Position numbers and translations under genes: made by a program. Source: Nostoc sp. (lineage in GTDB: Bacteria; Cyanobacteriota; Cyanobacteriia; Cyanobacteriales; Nostocaceae). From it: DNA of 64,000 nt. The notes under the pieces were generated by a model. It ran no database searches and was not told the origin of the DNA. It saw nothing but the letters and a program-made list of their open reading frames with translations. How positions within the stretch are numbered: the stretch's first letter is position 1; every line of letters starts with the position of its first letter. Where the stretch lies: assembly GCA_036918135.1 (NCBI GenBank), contig JBALDB010000065.1:1-64000 (forward strand). Reading direction: 5' to 3'. Shown here piece by piece: positions 59,812 through 64,000 of this stretch.

Positions 59812-60576
59812 ATGACCATAGCTCAAGAATTAGAATCTCAAGAAGGCATCCCTGGTGATGTTATTTTTCCGCCTGGTGATTTATATAGTGATGAACCTCC
59901 CTTGGAAACTGAACTACATTTACGGCAAATAATTTTACTTTTGACATGTCTAGAATGGCTGTGGCGAGACAGAAATGATTTTTATGCGGCTGGAAATTTG
60001 ACTATCTACTACAGTCCACGTCAACTCAAATCAGAATACTTTCGAGGCCCAGACTTTTTTGTAGTGTTGGGATGCAATCGCAAAACCCGTAAAAGTTGGG
60101 TAGTCTGGGAAGAAGATGGCAAATATCCAAATTTAATTCTAGAAATTTTGTCAGATTCAACGGCAAAGACAGACAGAGGTTTAAAAAAAGAAATTTATCA
60201 AGATACTTTCCGCACTTTAGATTATTTTTGGTTCGACCCATATACATTAGAATTTGCCGGATTTCATTTAGTAGATGGAGAATATCAACCTCTACAAGTA
60301 AATGAGCAAGGACATTTATGGAGTCAACAGTTAGAATTATATTTAGGAATTCATCAGGGACTATTGCGGTTTTTTACACCAGATGGGCAACTAGTACCAA
60401 CAGCTGAAGAAACAGCACAACAGACAGAACAAAGATTGGAACAAGCAGAACAAAACGCAGAACAGGCAGAACAAAGATTAGAACAAGCAGAACAAAAGGC
60501 AGAACAAGCAGAACAAAAAGCACAACGTTTGGCGGCAAAATTGCGAGAGTTAAATATTGACCCAGATACAATTTAG
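59812..60576 (+). CDS. Uma2 (DUF820) family endonuclease-like protein with C-terminal heptad repeats
   Basis: SDEPPLE..LH, GPDFFVV, LEILSDST, DYFWFDP, (EQAEQ)n, LRELNIDP. Confidence 0.9.
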   Translation: MTIAQELESQEGIPGDVIFPPGDLYSDEPPLETELHLRQIILLLTCLEWLWRDRNDFYAAGNLTIYYSPRQLKSEYFRGPDFFVVLGCNRKTRKSWVVWEEDGKYPNLILEILSDSTAKTDRGLKKEIYQDTFRTLDYFWFDPYTLEFAGFHLVDGEYQPLQVNEQGHLWSQQLELYLGIHQGLLRFFTPDGQLVPTAEETAQQTEQRLEQAEQNAEQAEQRLEQAEQKAEQAEQKAQRLAAKLRELNIDPDTI

Positions 60577-60671
60577 ACTACTACGATCGCATGATATTTC
60601 ATACCTTGGATAATCAAGGAGTTAAATAGTTTGGTTTCACATCTTCATGTAAGAAAAAGGCAAACAGATAA

Positions 60672-60815
60672 ATGAAATACCGCAGGCATCACAACAACAA
60701 GGGTGAACGGCAAATTCGTTCCCACAAAACTTTAGAGCAAGTGCAGTATATAGCTCAACGCTTAGGAATTCCCTTTACTTTTTTAAAATCGTCTAAAAGG
60801 CGCGACAAGAATTGA
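60672..60815 (+). CDS. possible 47-aa basic small protein (not in ORF track)
   Basis: MKYRRHHNNKGERQIRSHKTLEQVQYIAQRLGIPFTFLKSSKRRDKN*; fills the gap between convergent genes. Confidence 0.4.
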   Translation: MKYRRHHNNKGERQIRSHKTLEQVQYIAQRLGIPFTFLKSSKRRDKN

Positions 60816-60828
60816 TGCTATTTTATAT

Positions 60829-61950
60829 TTATGAAACGCTTGGTATTACAGAACGAACGGCGTTGATAAAATTTTGAGCATAACTGTGGGTTGAGAAATC
60901 GAGGGCGCGTTGTCGTGCTGCGACTCCAGCACTTTGGGCGAATTCTTGCTCGTCAAGATAGCGGAGAATAGCGATCGCTAATTTATCTGCATTGCCGTAA
61001 GGTGTTAATAGTCCATTGATGCCATCTGTAATAATCTCGGTTGGCCCGCCTGCATCGCCAGCAATCACGGGTTTAGAAAGCGCCATCGCTTCAATAATCA
61101 CAATGCCAAACGGTTCTTTATCGGATGCATGAACGAATACATCCATCGCCTGTACCCACTCTGGAATATTGCGCTGTAACCCAGCCATAATTACTTGCTC
61201 TTTCAAGCCTAAAGCGGCGATTTCTGCTTTTAAAAAGTCTTCATAATCTGGTTCAAAATCGTGCTTCCCGCCAACTATTACACAATGTGCATCGGGATAC
61301 TGCTGTAAAATTTTCGGCATTGCTTGTACCAATACGTGCATTCCCTTCCATCGTTGCAATCGTCCGACAATTCCAATCAACGGCCCGTGCAAAGGTAAGC
61401 CCAACTTTCGCCGTACTTCTTGAGGAGAAGGTAAAGCATTAGGTTCAAATCGCTCTAGTGCTACACCAGGATAAACCAAGGGTGTTGGTCTGTGCGGCCA
61501 AATCTGTGCTTGTGCTTGCTTACCATCTTCAGATAAAGTAATAATTGCCCGTGCTGGGATTAAAGTAGCAAGTCGCACCAACCAAGTTTTATCGCTAGGT
61601 ACTTCTAGCTGATACCACACAGCAGGTAACCCCGCCAACATTGCCGCCAAACCTCCAGATATATGCGTAATCCACATCCAATTGACGATTATATCTGCAT
61701 GTTCCTGGCGGGCGATCGCAGCTATCTGCAAAACAGCAGCAAAAAAACGGTGAATTTGGCGTAAACGTCCGATTTCTACAACTTGTGTATCAATGCCAAG
61801 GGACTTTACTTGTTCTACCATCGGGCCGTTTTCTAAAAATATTACTAGCCACTCCACACCAGCATTACGTCCCTGCTGCATCAAATCCCAAAGCATCATT
61901 TCACCCCCGCCTCGTTGTTCGGCTAGTGGCATTACAATAATTACTTTCAT
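60829..61950 (-). CDS. glycosyltransferase family 4
   Basis: GGGE, VGRLQRWKG, EPFGIVIIEAMA, GGPTEII. Confidence 0.92.
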   Translation of the reverse strand: MKVIIVMPLAEQRGGGEMMLWDLMQQGRNAGVEWLVIFLENGPMVEQVKSLGIDTQVVEIGRLRQIHRFFAAVLQIAAIARQEHADIIVNWMWITHISGGLAAMLAGLPAVWYQLEVPSDKTWLVRLATLIPARAIITLSEDGKQAQAQIWPHRPTPLVYPGVALERFEPNALPSPQEVRRKLGLPLHGPLIGIVGRLQRWKGMHVLVQAMPKILQQYPDAHCVIVGGKHDFEPDYEDFLKAEIAALGLKEQVIMAGLQRNIPEWVQAMDVFVHASDKEPFGIVIIEAMALSKPVIAGDAGGPTEIITDGINGLLTPYGNADKLAIAILRYLDEQEFAQSAGVAARQRALDFSTHSYAQNFINAVRSVIPSVS

Positions 61951-61984
61951 AATTTAAACCTGTTTGTTAAAAGTATTTTTTCTC

Positions 61985-63412
61985 TTACTTTTGTTGATGA
62001 AGATAATATTTATGTCCTGCCATAGCCATAGCTAAAAATCCCCAAAGAATCATACCTGCTACACTCAACATGCCACTTCCAATAACTAGTTGTGTAGCAG
62101 AGCTAATACCAATGGCACGGGCAGCACTGATAAAACTATCAAAACGACCTTCACTATATTTGCTAACATTAATAATTAACAAGATTAATCCACCCATATA
62201 AAAGATGGCTCCAAACCAACCCAGGGTAAAAAACATATCTAAAATACCACTATCGATTACCACTACTTCGATTTGTCCGGTTTTTTCGTTGACTTTCCAA
62301 ATATTTCCTAATCCATTACCTAAAGCATTAGAAAGAGCTTGACTGAGATTTTTGTCGTAACTTTGGGATCTATCTTTAAAACTGTTATCTTCTTCTAAAT
62401 TAGAAAAAGTTTGCAACCGATCTGATACAACGTGAGAAATTGGCTCAATGGTTGTCAATGGTATAACACAAATTGCCATGACTACAATTATGGTTATTAA
62501 GCGCATTTGAATCCGGGTCTTGACTGAACCCATAATCATAATCACTCCTAATAACCAACCTCCCCAATTAGTACGGGCTTGTGTTAACAAAAACGATAAG
62601 TAACCAACAGCAGAAGCCGGAAAAATTAAACTTCCAGAACTGGTAAATAACAACAACAGCCCAGCTTGCATGACGGAACCAAAGGGGCCGACTGAGTGCA
62701 ATGTACTCCAAACGCGCATCCCAAAAGGCACGGGATTTCCGGAACTCATGAATAGTTTTGATTGTATCAGCCAGTACCTATCCCACTCAGGAGCGACAAC
62801 GAATTGATATACACCATAAGCTCCTAAAATTAACACACACCAAAGGAATGTTCGCTGAAGATTTTGGCGATAGCTGGGATAATCTCGCCAGTTAATAAAT
62901 AAGTGAAAAGCAAAAATCACCGGGCCGAGCCAATCCAATAAACCGCGTGCTACGGGGATTGGTGCGTTGTAAATTAAACCTACTAAAAAGCCGTAGAAGA
63001 CTCCGATAAAAGCCAAAACAAACGGCAAACCCCCCTGACGAGAGGCGCTTTTAAAGCATCGCAAAAAAGTTGCTATGGTGACAAACACCACTAAATATGG
63101 TGCAATCAGCATTTGACGGCTAGGGTCCCACCCCACCCGATAATCAACTAAACGGGTAGCTAAAGGTGTGAGAAAGCATATCCACCAAGTAAAGCCGATA
63201 TAAAGAATCGGATGGCGCAAGTATAAAAATACAGCTACTACTAAAGCTGTCACCGGAAAAATCGAGCGCAATGCAGCAGTAGCACCAGCAAAATAACAAA
63301 CTACAGTTAATAAGATAAATCCGGCGATCGCTATCCAACCCTGTAGCGATCGCTCTTGGGGAGAATAGTTTTCTTGCGAAAAACTATTAAAAAGTATCTG
63401 CTTATAAATCAT
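61985..63412 (-). CDS. O-antigen ligase / Wzy-like polysaccharide polymerase membrane protein
   Basis: Many TM helices, RVWST, LTQART, GNGLG, DSG; lies between glycosyltransferase genes. Confidence 0.7.
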   Translation of the reverse strand: MIYKQILFNSFSQENYSPQERSLQGWIAIAGFILLTVVCYFAGATAALRSIFPVTALVVAVFLYLRHPILYIGFTWWICFLTPLATRLVDYRVGWDPSRQMLIAPYLVVFVTIATFLRCFKSASRQGGLPFVLAFIGVFYGFLVGLIYNAPIPVARGLLDWLGPVIFAFHLFINWRDYPSYRQNLQRTFLWCVLILGAYGVYQFVVAPEWDRYWLIQSKLFMSSGNPVPFGMRVWSTLHSVGPFGSVMQAGLLLLFTSSGSLIFPASAVGYLSFLLTQARTNWGGWLLGVIMIMGSVKTRIQMRLITIIVVMAICVIPLTTIEPISHVVSDRLQTFSNLEEDNSFKDRSQSYDKNLSQALSNALGNGLGNIWKVNEKTGQIEVVVIDSGILDMFFTLGWFGAIFYMGGLILLIINVSKYSEGRFDSFISAARAIGISSATQLVIGSGMLSVAGMILWGFLAMAMAGHKYYLHQQK

Positions 63413-63418
63413 TCAATA

Positions 63419-64000
63419 TCAATTACGAATTACGAATTCTTTATATCCTTGCCAACGTCCATGCCAAGATGCCAATAACTTTTTACTTGCTAAGTGTCCT
63501 TGTTTGGGTAAAAATCTCAGCCATTGTATTAAGCCTAAACTGTCGCCAGTTCCAACTAATATTGCCCAGAATAAAAATATAATTCGGCGGATAAATGGCA
63601 GATGTTCTAATAAAACTAAGGTTTCATTATGAACTAAATTAATCAAAGCAAGTTCGTTAAAGTTGTTTCGTAAATCTTCATCAAAACGTTGTGCTGGGTA
63701 GTGTTCTACAGCAACGTCAGGATCGTAGATTATCTTCCAACCAGATCGCTTTAGTGCCAGCGTGAATGCCATTTCAAAATGTACTTGCGCTCCTGTACCT
63801 CGCATTCGCTCGTCAAAGCGCAATTGGCCGATCGCTTGTTTGCGAAAACTCATGTTTACGCCTTTGAGAACATCGACTTCGCGGGGTTCTCCTACTCCCA
63901 GATGATGGTTGCCAATCACGCGCCCAAACCACTGCAACCGACCAACTATTAGGCGGGAGTCATCTTCTAGTTTGCTGCCATGATGTATCCAATCACGCCC
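63419..64000 (-). CDS. glycosyltransferase family 2 (partial; frame open to the window edge)
   Basis: GRDWIH..., LKGVNMSFR, HFE, GWKIIYDP...VEH. Confidence 0.85.
   Translation of the reverse strand, partial: GRDWIHHGSKLEDDSRLIVGRLQWFGRVIGNHHLGVGEPREVDVLKGVNMSFRKQAIGQLRFDERMRGTGAQVHFEMAFTLALKRSGWKIIYDPDVAVEHYPAQRFDEDLRNNFNELALINLVHNETLVLLEHLPFIRRIIFLFWAILVGTGDSLGLIQWLRFLPKQGHLASKKLLASWHGRWQGYKEFVIRN

Noticed and set aside
1944..63338. Many short antisense or overlapping ORFs in the six-frame track (e.g. 3047..3343, 13445..13813, 43926..44234)
   Set aside because: They lie within well-supported genes or repeats and show no motifs.

Overview
This is a 64 kb window from a filamentous, Nostoc-like cyanobacterium, judged from frequent HIP1 GCGATCGC octamers, STRR 7-mer tracts, cyaC, crtR, CP12, xisH/xisI and a PEP-CTERM protein. 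Most of it is housekeeping: gor, hisC, cyaC, tRNA-Gly, an M61 peptidase, pyk, crtR, cp12, trmB, ppsA and glycosyltransferases. Two accessory blocks stand out. (1) A defence islet downstream of tRNA-Gly(TCC), about 12.6-21.6 kb, holds a type I R-M system interrupted by a DM13-like gene, repeats and a PIN toxin-antitoxin pair, followed by a YgjP-like gene and a PemK/MazF remnant. (2) The main finding is a RiPP cluster at about 33.0-45.6 kb. It encodes an APH-fold kinase and a HopA1-like lyase (a class V lanthipeptide/thioamitide-type split dehydratase), an aldo/keto-reductase-fold protein with a rewired catalytic tetrad, two PPIases, a CPBP protease, a C39 peptidase-ABC transporter with HlyD, and an IS630-type HTH protein. 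It also has three double-glycine precursor genes, two of them missing from the ORF track. Two cores end in a strictly alternating 15-residue (hydrophobic-Thr)n tract. One of these, ITITVTVTWTWTWTW, puts Trp at 9/11/13/15 and Thr at every even position, which is the register of gramicidin A. My inference, untested, is a ribosomally made alternating D/L (or Dhb/L) beta-helical, gramicidin-like peptide. All family assignments come from motif reading by eye; no searches were run.
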